Part shown: piece after piece, positions 1 to 11,936 of the stretch | How the letters are laid out: the number at the start of each line of letters is the position of its first letter | Numbering within the stretch: the first letter of the stretch is position 1 | DNA from: Azolla caroliniana | Lineage: Eukaryota; Plantae; Polypodiophyta | DNA length: 64,000 nt | Direction: 5' to 3' | Assembly (NCBI GenBank): GCA_043228905.1 | Contig: JBHGNT010000001.1 | Location: 23,250,001 to 23,314,000, forward strand | Notes under the pieces: model-generated | The model's database searches: none | Told to the model about the DNA's origin: nothing | The model's input: the letters and a program-made list of their open reading frames with translations, nothing else | Position numbers and translations under genes: made by a program

Positions 1-1348
1 CAAAACTGCATTTCTCAAGTTTGGCGTAAAGACCATACTTCCTTAGGCGTTCAAGTACTTGCTGCACATGTATATCATGCTCCCCCTGTGTTTTAGAGTA
101 AATCAATAGATCATCTAGGTAGATGATTAGAAAAATATCCAAGAAATCCCGGAAGATGTCATTTGCCATATGTTGGAATACGACAGGTGCATTTGTGAGC
201 CCGAAAGGCATGACTGTATACTCGAAATGACCATACTGAGTACGAAATGTTGTTTTCCACTCATCTCCCGGCCGAATTCGAACAAGATTATATGCACCCC
301 TTAGATCAATTTTGGTAAAATGCTTTGCCCCACCAATGCGTTCTAAGAGATTGGAGATTAAAGGTAAAGCATACCTATTCCTTATGGTGACTTTATTTAA
401 ACCTCGATAGTCCACGACCAAACGAAGGGAGCCGTCCTTTTTCTTCACAAAAAAGATAGGAGCACCAGCTGGAGACTTTGAATGTCGAATAAACCCATGT
501 GCAAGATTTTCCTCGATGTATTCTCGAAGAACCTCAAGCTCAGTGGGTGATAAATTGTAAATCGGACCCCACGGAGGCTCTTTTCCTGGTTGGAGATCAA
601 TAGGACAGTCGTACGGCCGATGCTTTGGAAGAACACTAGCTTTGACTTTGTCGAAAACATCAGCATAGTCTTGATATTTTTTGGGAATTTGGATGTCTGA
701 ATTCCCTTGAGTGACACTAGAAGGTGTCACTGATACTGCAAACAAGAAAAGGTCCTCCTTGCCTCCCACTTGGTGCAATTGTTGCAATGTGATGGCTGAA
801 ATTTGATGAGAAGGATATGGTGCATCGGTAGAACTATATACTTTGGGAGGATAATCCCGAGTTCGATCCTTGACAATGATATTTTCTGCTAAAGGGCACC
901 TAATTTCTCGCTTCCTCCAATCGATTCTAGGGTTATGTAGCTCGAACCATGGCAAACCGAGGACAATTGGATGCTCAGGACTACGGATTATGTTAAAGGA
1001 AACTACACATCCTAAATCACCCAAGAGTATGTGTATTGGCTCAGACTCTTCAAATATCTTCCCGGAAGCTATGGGGCGTCCATCAATCACTACTACGGAA
1101 ACTGGAGAAGGAAGTGTATGCAAGGATATTTGGTGTTTTTGGGCAAAATCTCTATCCATGAAACAAGAATTGGCTCCAGTATCTAAGAGGGCTTGGACTT
1201 GAAGTTGACAACTGGGTGTCCTAACTTGTACTAGGGCTGAGAAGACTCTACTAACATGCTTGGAAGAAATGGAACCCACACTAGGTTGTACATATCTAGG
1301 GTTGTCCAACCAAATGGCTCCTATTTTGGCCGGACATATTCGTTTGAC
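1..1348 (-). CDS. pol: Pol (protease + reverse transcriptase), partial, -1 frame relative to gag
   Basis: Hand translation open to window edge: QALLDTGANSCF...VLGLPWFELHNPRIDW...VDYRGLNKVT...MPFGLTNAP...IIYLDDLLIYS; absent from ORF track because it has no stop in the window. Confidence 0.92.
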
Positions 1349-2499
1349 TCCTCTTCTAATTGGCTTAGGACTTCAAATTTATTGGACAAGGATGGATTAT
1401 TCATAATATTAGATTCACTAACTACTTCTAAAATGTTGGACTCATTTTTATTGTCATAGTGAATTTGATTTACCTGACGTCTCGGCCTACGGGAGCAATG
1501 AATGGCTATATGTCCTGGACCTCCACAATATAAGCACAGATGGTTTGCTCGACGACGTTGCTTCTCTTCGTCTGACAACGGTCCTCGTCGTTGAGTCATA
1601 TCGATCTCCATGGGTGTAGGACTATCCATTGGGACTGGACTACGTGTTTGCCTTGGAGTTGGAGCAGGGCTATACATTTGCCTTGGGGATGATTGCGTCG
1701 TTACTGATGCATCAGTTGGTGTGAATCTAGATCTTGTTATTTGTTGTTGTCGCTCACATCGACGCTCAAAAAGGCGATTATCACACCGTATTGCTCGACT
1801 AATAGCTTTTGTAAGTGACCTTGGATCCTCGGGGAAGGTAAGAAGTAAGTCTTTGACATCACTACGAAGGCCTGAACGGAATTGCTCCATTAGGGCTTGT
1901 TCATCCCAAGGAATATCGCTTGCGATGAGACGGAAATTGGCAGCATATGTTGAAGCTGGTTGATCACCTTGACGAAGTGTACGAATCTTGTTGATAGCTG
2001 TTCTCGCCCCATCAGTATCTCCGAAACAAGCCTTAAATTCCTTGATAAATTCCTCGAAATTATTCAGTAGAGGAGAATTGGTCTCAAGCAATGGAGCAAA
2101 CCACGACAACGCTATGCCAGTCAATAAAGTGCCCACTAGCCCGACTCGTGATGCATCTGTTGGATAACGTGCGGGATGCATTTGAATCACCAACCGTACT
2201 TGATTCAAAAAACCTCGGAAATGCGCCCTCGACCCATCAAATTTAGCTGGGAGGCTAATTTTGGGCTCCTTGATAAGTCCCTGACCTTCAACCCTTTGTT
2301 GTTGTAACACGACGATTGTCGACTCTAACTGTTGCACTCGTCGCGTGAACTCCTCTTGTTGTTGTTGCTTCTCTATAGTAACCTTTTGTAGATCCCCAAG
2401 TAGACGTTGATTCTCTACTTCAAGAGATGCGAACTTGGATTTAAGGTTCTCCATTTCTGCAACAAGGGTGAGATATTCTTCTGAGTTAATGGCAGCCAT
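1321..2499 (-). CDS. gag: Gag (coiled coil, capsid, zinc knuckle)
   Basis: 392-aa ORF with PAKFDG..F..FL.Q, LRQG, PMEID and CLYCGGPGHIAIHC. Confidence 0.93.
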   Translation of the reverse strand: MAAINSEEYLTLVAEMENLKSKFASLEVENQRLLGDLQKVTIEKQQQQEEFTRRVQQLESTIVVLQQQRVEGQGLIKEPKISLPAKFDGSRAHFRGFLNQVRLVIQMHPARYPTDASRVGLVGTLLTGIALSWFAPLLETNSPLLNNFEEFIKEFKACFGDTDGARTAINKIRTLRQGDQPASTYAANFRLIASDIPWDEQALMEQFRSGLRSDVKDLLLTFPEDPRSLTKAISRAIRCDNRLFERRCERQQQITRSRFTPTDASVTTQSSPRQMYSPAPTPRQTRSPVPMDSPTPMEIDMTQRRGPLSDEEKQRRRANHLCLYCGGPGHIAIHCSRRPRRQVNQIHYDNKNESNILEVVSESNIMNNPSLSNKFEVLSQLEEESNEYVRPK

Positions 2500-2549
2500 G
2501 GTTTCAGGATGGTTACAAAGGAGGATAAGAAAGAGAGAGAGAGTGAGGG

Positions 2550-2563
2550 AATTCGAATCAAAC
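2550..2563 (-). promoter_or_regulatory. Self-priming primer-binding site
   Basis: GTTTGATTCGAATT directly after the LTR end; 12 nt are complementary to LTR positions 2682-2693. Confidence 0.75.
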
Positions 2564-2974
2564 TGTCAGAACCAAGGATAAAAGATAGAGTGATGGAAGA
2601 AGGATAGAGAAGAATGGATGTATAAGATAGAGAAAGAAAGAGAATGGATACAAGATATGTAATGAGAGCTAAAGACTGGTGTTGATTCGAATTGATTTGA
2701 GAATACATGTATGCGCTTATTTATAGGTTCCTATAGAATAGCTTAGAGGTTTCTAGAATGTTCTAGAATGTTCTAGACCTAGAATGCTCTAGAGGACATT
2801 CTAGAACATTCTAGAATAATCTAGAGTTTTTACAATAATCAATGTAATACAAGAAGTAGCTTTTATTGTTTCATATAACAATAAGCTATCTTAATGGTTG
2901 AGGTTTTCAAGTATGAATTACAAGGTTCGAGGTTCAAGTCCGGGTGACGCCATAATGGTCATGTGTTCATGACA
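2564..2974 (-). repeat. 5' LTR of Tcn1-like element
   Basis: Termini TGTCATGAAC...GTTCTGACA (inverted); TATAAATA near 2718-2725; homologous to 40025-40290. Confidence 0.8.
2751..2818. promoter_or_regulatory. Heat-shock-element-like array in U3
   Basis: TTCtaGAAtgTTCtaGAAtgTTC and TTCtaGAAcaTTCtaGAA just upstream of the TATA box. Confidence 0.6.
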
Positions 2975-4697
2975 GGTCTCTGCCTGGGCCATGTCCGCCT
3001 TGTTTGGAAGGCCAACTTGCTTTGAGTCTTCGGGATCTATCCGCATGTCGGATCTCTCTTCTTCTTCGACCATCACCTTCAGAGCCTTGTACGCTTCCTG
3101 GACCAAGGCTTTGACATCGAGCTTCGCCGATCCTTCTTGTTGCGTGCCTGCTTCTTGCCGTGATGACACACTCCTAAACCGGCGCGCGTTATCTTCCTTT
3201 TTCCTTTCGTAGACCACTCCTCGTCCAACCGCCGGCATACTCGTTCGACTTCCGACCAGTCCTCGGTAAGGCCATTCACTCCGTCATCATCTTCGGCTCA
3301 ATCATGATGGCCTCCCGTTCCGCTCGGTCGATCGACCTAACAAACAACAGGACTTTGTCCGCCCCCACCAGACTTTGCTCCTGCTCCAGGAGCCGAGCAA
3401 GCCATTGCTCGAACTCTCGGAAAGCCTTCATTGCATCCCTGTGGGTCTTCGTCGATGCTACCCACTGGTCAAAGTCGCATCGTCCCCGGCTCTTCCGCCG
3501 TCCTCCATATGCCTACAGGAGGGCCTCCTTGAAGGCCTCCCACGAACTATGAGCTTCTCGGAGCTCCTTCACTTTCGCGTGCATACGGACGGTGACGACC
3601 CGACATAAGAAGTCAAGCCTCAACGCCTCGTCCACGTCTCGCTCCTCCATTTCTGCATTGTAGGCTTCCAAGTAGAATGGGACTTTGTCCCCTTTGAAAC
3701 GGCCGACTCTTTCGACCACTGGCTCAATAGCTTGTTGCACCGACTCCCTTCTCACCACCACTCGTTTGAATTCCAACACCACTTCAGCCACCATCTCCAC
3801 GAAGTCATCGTGTTACGACTCCATCCTCCCTTGTCACCTTTTCACGTCGGGTTCACCAAAAAGTCGCGGTATTCCACGGGTATGTTTAGATCCAAGGCGG
3901 GACCGCGGGGGTCTTGGACTAGGGAGTAGAGGGTACCGGGAGACTGACTCCCTTCGTGGCCAACCGCACCAGAGTAGCACAAAACCGCAACATTACCGGT
4001 TTGGGTACAAGAGGTTGTTGAGCAGAAAAGAGGGCGAAATGGATAGAGAGAGAGAGAGCACACACGCACGCAACACTGGCCTAACTCACGCCCTTATGTA
4101 CAGAAATGAAAGAAAGAGAACACTAAAGATACCCACACAAGCACCGAAATGCAGAACCTTCCACATGTAAATTTATAAGAACAAGATACAATACCTGCTT
4201 CGCGCCGGACTTAGGAAGCTCAAGATACAACGGTTTTCTACTGCCAAGCCGTTGGTCAGGGAGCTCTCGGGCTCGTCGCACCGAACGGGGTCTTGCGCAG
4301 GAGACAAGGCTGAAACAGAACCGCTAGATGTGAGGACTCGCTCGCACAAAACGACGGAGAAGAAGCAGAACTCGATGAAACCCTAGGCAAGAGAAAATAA
4401 AGAGAGAAAATAAAGAGAAAGAAAACTAACTTACTTCGAACCTAACGATATACCCTTCTAACTCAAAATGAGCAATTCCTCTACAAGGGACCCTCCCTTC
4501 CTTTTATAGAACAAGGAGATGGATGCGTTACAATGTGGGATAAATCCCGAATTACATGGGATTCTCTGTCCCGACTTGACTCCTACTCGGCGCCCCTATT
4601 ATTCACACGTTTTTACAAGGGTAAGTGCACATGATGCACTCCGCCGATTCTTCTGATATTCCCCGGTTTCTCACCATGGCCTAGAATCTTTACGACA
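2975..4697 (-). mobile_element. tRNA-Trp-primed Gypsy-group element, 5' part (degenerate gag-like 2975-3825, PBS 3842-3858, 5' LTR ~3863-4697)
   Basis: PBS TGGTGAACCCGACGTGA is complementary to the plant tRNA-Trp 3' end; gag-like RFKGDKVPFYLEAY is homologous to 12757 and 25451; interrupted by the Tcn1-like element. Confidence 0.85.
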
Positions 4698-5176
4698 CCG
4701 GTGGATGTGCGGTTTGGTGGGGGCGGATGTCGTGAAGATTCCGGGCCATGGTGAGAAACCGGGGAATATTAGAAGAATCAGCGGGGTGGAGCATGTGCAC
4801 TCACCCTTGTACAAATTGTGTAAATGATAGGGGCGCCATTATGGCGCTAGACAGTAGTTAATTCGGGACAGAGGATCCCATGTAATAAGGGATTTATCCC
4901 ACATTGTTACGCATCCCTCTCCTTGTTCTATAAAAGGAAGGGAGCGCCCTTTGTAAAGGGGTTGCCCATTTTGAGTTAGGAGGGTATACCACTTAGGTCT
5001 AGGGTTTGGTAGTGTTCTTTTTCTTCATCTTATTCTTGTTCCCTTAGGATTTCTACTTTGGCCTTTCACCCTATTTCGTTTAGGGTTTCATCTTGGCAAC
5101 TTTCTTCTTCTTCTTCTCATTTTCTTGTTTTTGGTTAGGGTTCTACGACTTCTTGTCTGTTTAGGGTTTAGTCCGG
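4698..5176 (+). mobile_element. PPT and partial 3' LTR (from 4728) of another Trp-group element
   Basis: GGTGGGGGCGGA followed by TGTCGTGAAG, as at 17205-17225 and 42440-42460; cut off by a Copia insertion. Confidence 0.85.
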
Positions 5177-5476
5177 TGATGAGCTTGTATGTTCAGTGGG
5201 ATTGACTGACTTAGGGCAACTGCCCTTCTCACTATTCACATAAATAGCCTAAGCCTAGTGTGAATAGAGGAGATGGTGTGAGTACGTCCATTAGAAGCCC
5301 GTATTCAACACTCCCCTGTAATTGGCGCATACATCTAAAATCTGTAAACCGAAATGAATGTACAATAGAAATTGTTACAAGGTTTCCGAACAATCGGGAA
5401 TTCGTTGGAGTCGGTTAATTCCGAAGAGCAGAGAGCCGGATGACTGAGTTTGGAGAGACTGAAGTCGAAGTTCGGA

Positions 5477-7100
5477 CTATCTAGGTCTATTGTCTAAGAA
5501 ACGTCTTGAGTGTCCGATTTGATTGGACTGATTCTTCATTACGTCCATTGGATGCCTAAGGGATCGAAATTGATCCGCCGGGAGAAACTTGGTCATTGCA
5601 TCCGCAACGTTATCGGTTGTAGGTACCTTCTCAAGGTCGATTTTCCTTGGATTGACACAGTCCCGAATGAAATGATATTGAACATCAATATGCTTGGAGG
5701 TGTTGTGATGAACCGGATTTTTCGACATAGCAACAACACCCTGACTGTCACTGTAAACAATTGGAGCCGAGCCGATTTCGGCTTGTCGAAATGTGCAGGC
5801 CAACCGACCATGCCATAAGGCCTCTTTTGGCGCATCGGACGTGGCTACGTATTCAGCCTTGGTCGTTGATTTGGCGATGCACTCCTGAAGTTTCGATTTC
5901 CTCGAGATCGCTCCATTGCCGAGTTTAAAAAAATATCCGGTTGTCAATTTACAACTGTCTACGCAACCTGCAAAGTCCGAGTCGGTGTATCCGACTACGC
6001 TTGAGATGTCGTTCGGGCTGAATAGTATACCAAGGTCTTTTGTGCCCACTAGATATCTGAACACATGCTTAATTGCGTTCCAATGTGATCGACCATGATT
6101 GTGCATAAATCTACTGACGACTCCGACGGCGTGGGTGATGTAAGGCCGTGTCACGACCATCACGTACATTAGAGAGCCAACTGCTGGTGCATACGCGATG
6201 GACCGGATATCGGACAGTCGCGCTGAAACAACCAAGTTCAAATAGGGAGCGAAGTTGAGGTAGATTTCGCCGATTGCATGTTGAAGCGTTCTAGGACACG
6301 ACCGATGTAGTCAGATTGAGACAGAAACAATTTTCTTCGATTTCGATTCCGACTAATTTTCATACCAAGGATGTGTCGTGCTGGACCGAGGTCCTTCATG
6401 GCAAACTTCAACCGCAGTTGCGGAACAAGTTCAGCGAGTTCAGCGAGATGGCGACCGAAGATGAGCATGTCATCCACGTAGATGATGAGGAAGATGGGTG
6501 ATCCATCCCAAGCTGTTTTCGTGAAAAGACAGTGGTCCTCATCACTATTTGAGAAGCCGATCAATTGGATGAAGTCGTCGAACTTCTTGTACCACTGTCG
6601 CAACGCTTGTTTCAGGCCGTAAAGACTCTTCCTGAGTCAGCAGACTAGATGTTCTTGGCAAGATACCATAAAGCCTTTCGGTTGTTCCATATAAATTTCC
6701 TCCTCAAGATCACCATGACGGAAAGCCGTTTTTACATCTAGCTGAATCAACTCCAAATTCTCGGCTGCCACTACGCCGAGCATAAAGCGAAGGGTGGTCA
6801 TTTTCACTGGTGGTGAAAAGATTTCGTCGAAGTCGACACCGTATTCCTGTAGAAAAGCCTTTGCTACTAATCTGGTCTTGAACTTCGCAGTGGCCGAATC
6901 GAACGTCTCCTTAACTTGATAGACCCACTTACACAGAAGGGCACATCAATTTTTCGGTAATTCGACCAAGTCCCAAGTGTTGTTTGCACGAATGGAGTTT
7001 ATTTCAGACTCCATTGCCAAATGCCAGGTGGTCGAGTCGGGTGATGCCGAGGCTTCTTCGTATGCCGATGTTCATAAGGAAGATACTAGGAGAGTATCTC
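5477..7100 (-). pseudogene. Copia RT-RNaseH, disrupted
   Basis: ORFs 5477-6241 and 6238-6603 with IYVDDML, FAMKDLG, GYTDSDFAG, AEYVA. Confidence 0.9.
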
Positions 7101-8328
7101 TTCGGGGGTTGCGACAATCTCTCGGATCGTCGAGGTATGACTGTCCTGGTCGCATCGAGTGTCGTGGTCGGATGGTCGAAAGCCGAGTTGTTTGGCTGTG
7201 CCAAGTTTGACACTGCCGAGTGTAATGTTCATTGGTTTAGACGTGCTTATTAGGGAGCTATCATACTGTAATATCCGAGTCGTCGGCTTTATTGGACTAA
7301 CCTAATGTGTGCCATAGGGTACCCCTGATTGGTCAGGTAGATGCCATTACATGGCCTAGGTCCTATAAATAGGGGAGACTCTCCTTGGTTAAGGGGGAGC
7401 CCGATGAGTGGTTTAGACGAACCTCTCTTTGATGTGGGCTTGTCATCTACCAAGTTCCCGACGTGGAGATCCTAGCTGGTATGGGACAGATCGGGATTCC
7501 TCGTTTGCGCTGTCGACTCTAGCGTGGGGGCGGATGGGTGGTAACACGTATTTTCAATAGGATTGTGTCATTTATATCTTTATTTTAGGATTAATGATCT
7601 TGGTTATTACATATGGTATCAAAGCAGTTTTAATCCTAAACAAATAATGTTTGATTGGATTCGCGTTGTGTGCTTTAGTACGGGAAAATATGTTATATAT
7701 ATAAATATATATATATTCTTTTTACGTACTAATGTATGTTAAATGATTGATTGGGGAAGTGTCAAAAACGCCACAGAGATTCAGTTTGGGGGAGATATGT
7801 AGATGTGTGGTATATTGGGGTTATGTATAATTAATATATTAAGGTTTAGATGTAGACCATAACACAACAAAATTTGTGTGATGGGTTGGTTAGTACATTC
7901 TTGTTATAACCTTAAAAGTAAGGGTTATGAGTTCGATTTATTGATGCACAAAAAAATATATAAAAAATAAATGAAGGCGTTAAAAAAGTTTTATAAAATT
8001 ATTGTTAATATTATTATGTGTTTGTTTTACGTTTAGATATTTAATATATAGTTATTCAAATAAAAGCATTATAAATATACTTATATTTTATTTTTCGTAT
8101 ACCCCTCTTGATCTAATGATCATTGATAATCAATTTAATTAAAATTGGTTGATAGAACTAGGGTGATGATCGTTGATTGTCGATAATCAATTGATCATTA
8201 GCCCTAAGGTTTAATTGAAATGGCCACAATCATCATGTCGCGTTATTACGTGCGCGCATGTAAAAGGGGCGGGACCACGGGGGTCTCGGACGAGGGAGAA
8301 GATGCATGCCAAGAAAACCGACACCGAA

Positions 8329-8379
<51 letters not shown>

Positions 8380-9391
8380 AAGGAGAGGGAGAGCGTGCGC
8401 GCGACACCGACTCTTACGCATAGGAAGCAAAAGGGGTGGAAACACCCAACACTACCAAAGACGCGGATTTGCACAACCAAACATATATATATATATATAT
8501 ATATTACAATGGAAGAGATACAACCCCGGCTTCGAGCCGGACCAAGGTAGGTTACAACAGCAGTTTGCTGCCAAGCCGCTGATTGGGGAGCTCTCGGGCT
8601 CGTCGCACCGAGCGGGGTCTTGCACAGGAGACCGAGCAAAAGCAAACCCTAAACAGACACGAACCCTCAACCCTCACGACGAGGAAGAAGAAGGAGAAGA
8701 AGAAGAAGAAGAAGAAGAAAACAACCAAGACAAAAACCCTAGAACGAAGCAAGAATAAGTGAAGAGGAAGAACACTACCAAACCCTAGACCTAAGTGGTA
8801 TACCCTCCTAACTCAAAATGGGCAACCCTTCACAAAGGCCTCTCCCTTCCTTTTATAGAACAAGGAGAGGGATGCGTAACAATGTAGGCTAAATCCCTTA
8901 TTACATGGGATCCTTTGTCACGAATTAACTCCTATTATTCACACGTTTTACAAGGGTAAGTGCACATGGTGCACTCCGCCGATTCTTCTGATATTCCCTG
9001 GTTTCTCACTATGGCCCGGAATCTTCACGACATCCGCCCCCACCAAACCGCACATCCACCGGCATGTGCCAAATTCGGGGAAGGTGAAAGATTCTGGCAA
9101 GTGAGGAACCGGTCTTCCGTAACCTGCACTCCGGCTGCCGCGTCGGCCTTGCCGGTCTGAACCGTCGGCTTTGGTTCTTCCGCACGCTCACCTCTCCGTA
9201 GGCTTGATTGACCCGTCGATAGGGCCTTGCCATGATCCCGTAGTGCATGTGCCCCTTTGTTGGCCCTCTTTTCGACCTCATGCACACATCTCATTCCTTC
9301 AGATATGCGGTGCCCTCCACCCGAGGAACACCTCGTAGTAGCCAGCTTAGCCACTTTCGTCTTGCCCTACTACCACCGATTTGGAGCCTTC

Positions 9392-9665
9392 TGACAAGAA
9401 CTACACGCTCCCGATGAACAACACTCGGCCACAACCGAGCTTAGAATCAAAAACGTAGAAAACGGGGATGAATGCACGACACAATAGACAGAAGAGTACA
9501 CAGGATTTTTACGTGGAAAACTCAAACACAGGAAAAACCACGGCAGTCCATTGACTGCTAACTATCACTATGTAACGATGTACAATAGATGTACATAGAG
9601 GCAACGACCTCTTGTTCACTGTCTTCGCCACAAGTGGCGGTTACAACAGAGATACAAACTCTTCG

Positions 9666-9713
<48 letters not shown>

Positions 9714-10024
9714 CACTGTTACATTCTAATCTTGCGCCAACAAGAATGACAACCTCCACAACTAAGTTTGCCCTAAGTCATATTTATACTAATATGACTT
9801 TTCGGCTATTTACAAATATGGCCCCGATGGACTCTCAGAAAACATATTTACGAATATGTCCCTTCATCCGGTGAGCACTTCTCACCGGGCCTTCACCATC
9901 CGGCTCTTGCCGGGTACTCGTCATCCGGTTCTCACCGGGTCTTCCGTAGTCTGGTACTCGTCATCCGGTTTCTTCTCAGTACTGTTCTTCTCACTTCCCA
10001 TCCGGAGGGACCTGTTTCCTAACA
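9392..10024 (-). mobile_element. Solo LTR, Copia family B
   Basis: TG...CA, perfect TSD CCTTC, similar to LTR 48676-49492. Confidence 0.9.
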
Positions 10025-11137
10025 CCTTCCGCTTGCCGTTGTCCCCTCGCCACCACCTTCCTTCTCCTTGGTCTTTCATTGCCGGGTCGGCTCGAACTGC
10101 CAAGGTCTCCGGGACCCGGTGTGGAGGATCCCTCTTCGGCCATCTACCTTGTTTCCGGTCTCCATTCTGCGTAGTCTGTTTACGTGTGCTCGTGTTCTCG
10201 CCTTGCTTGACACCATCCGTGCTGAGTACCGCCCCGTACCCGTGCTATGCTTTAGCCCTCGGTGGCCACACACACGCCTTCCATTCTGCTTTCGGGTGTG
10301 CCCATTCCGGCTCGGCAAACTACTCTTTCACCGGGTGTCCCCGTAGCTTACAGGAAGATCACCCTTGCCGCGTTGTCACGTTGCTACGCGCGTGCGCGGA
10401 GAACAAGGCGGGACCACTGGGGTCTTGGACCGAGGAATAGGTGAGGAAGCGAAAGGAGAGAGAGAGAGAGAGACACGCTCACAAACGGATAGACAAAGAA
10501 GCGTGCGGGAACGCAGCCCAACAACACAAGAGACACAAGTTCGACAGGAGATAGAGTATAAGAACGCGTATATAAATATATGTATGCAGATGACTCGAAC
10601 GGTTACAACCGATCAGGTCGGCGAGACGGGTGTCGACGCTTGATCACCCACGCACACAGGGGAGCAAGATGGAGATTCTGCCGGAAGCACACGGGCGTTC
10701 CACGGAGCAGAACCAGCCTCTCGAGAACCTGCGCAAATAAAGCTATGGAGAACGACAGAGGAGAAGAGCTCGGTCCCAGTCCGACAGCACTTCGTCCCCT
10801 CTAGCGCGCAATCCCCATCTCTCCCCGTCTCCCTCTCTTTTATAGCTCAAGGAGGGAGGCCTTTTCACCCGTTTATATCACATTAATTCTCTGTCCTTTC
10901 AGACAGAGATACTCCTCGATTCCCCCTATAGAATATTGCTACCTAGGATTTGACTTTTGTGCCTACCTATCTACTATACAACAAGGGGCGTGCCCATGTG
11001 TAAGGGCCGGTTCACACACACTATACACGGTTTGTGCCTTGGGATGGTTTTCTTCACGACATCTGCCCCCACCTAACCGCGCATCCACCGGTATGCGCCA
11101 AAATTGGGTTCCTACTGGAGAAAACCGGTCCTTGCTT

Positions 11138-11936
11138 TTATTCCTCGTTTACTGGTTCGTCCTCTGCCTCACACTGCTCGTCGTTGTTGTCCATGCCCCC
11201 TTGCTCCGGCTCACCATCGTGTCGTTTCTTGAACGCTTTGATCCTCTTCCTCGCTACCGGTATCGCCATTCTCGTACCGTCGAGCTCCGCGAGATGGTAC
11301 GTCCCATTGTCGTTGGCGCCTGTTACTACGTAAGGCCCGAACCACCTCCTCGCAAACTTCCGCGTGGCCCTGTGCTGATTGTCGAGGCTACTGTCGTAGA
11401 CTAGCACCCAGTCGCCTTCCTCGATCTTCCTTGGTGGAGCCAGTGTGTTTGGTCGAACCGGGCTTTGTTCCTTATCCTCGCTACCCGAAGTTTCTCCGCG
11501 GCTCGCTCTATGTCCTCCGGCCTCCGCTCGAGCTGTCGAATCCGAGCCGCCAACAGTTCCTCCCGGCTCATCTCATCCCTCCAGTCCACCGTGGCCCACG
11601 AGGAGATCGTTCACTCTGTTGGCATGATCGGCTTCTCTCCGAACAGAAGTTCAGCCGGCATGAACCCGGTTACCGAACTGTGCATAGTCTGGTCCGCCCA
11701 CAAGGCATAAGGTAGCAGCCGTGGCCAGTTCCCGACTTGGCCTCCGCACGCCCGTACTAGCACTTTGACAATTGGCCCATGTCTGCGCTCCACCTTCCCG
11801 TTGGCCTCCGGATTGTACGCTGTGGTGAACGAAAGTTTGACTCCTAGCCTGTCGAACAGCTCTTCGGCCTCTTCTGCGTCCAACTCACCACGGTCAGCCA
11901 CGATCTTCCCTATGCACCCGTATCGACATACCACGT
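11138..11936 (-). pseudogene. Integrase core and C-terminus of element C
   Basis: IVADRGE, YNPEANGKVER, RRWFGPYVV; frameshifted. Confidence 0.85.

Larger units (their letters stand above)
1..2974 (-). mobile_element. Ty3/Gypsy LTR retrotransposon, Tcn1/Tf1-like (PEG10/RTL-type gag), 5' half; runs off window start
   Basis: 5' LTR, gag with CX2CX4HX4C, protease LDTG and RT YLDD in Gypsy order; no tRNA-type PBS. Confidence 0.93.

Noticed and set aside
2658-2670. CATTACA as the 5' LTR end of the Tcn1-like element
   Set aside because: The better terminal inverted repeat and PBS adjacency are at 2564; kept only as the cryptic end used by the second copy; not fully excluded without a 3' LTR
3842-3858. 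tRNA-Trp gene
   Set aside because: Only the 3' 17 nt match; it is a primer-binding site
8211-8758. ORFs with ER/SL dipeptide runs (also near 12358, 17642, 25426)
   Set aside because: Translations of (GA)n, (TA)n and (GAA)n microsatellites inside LTRs
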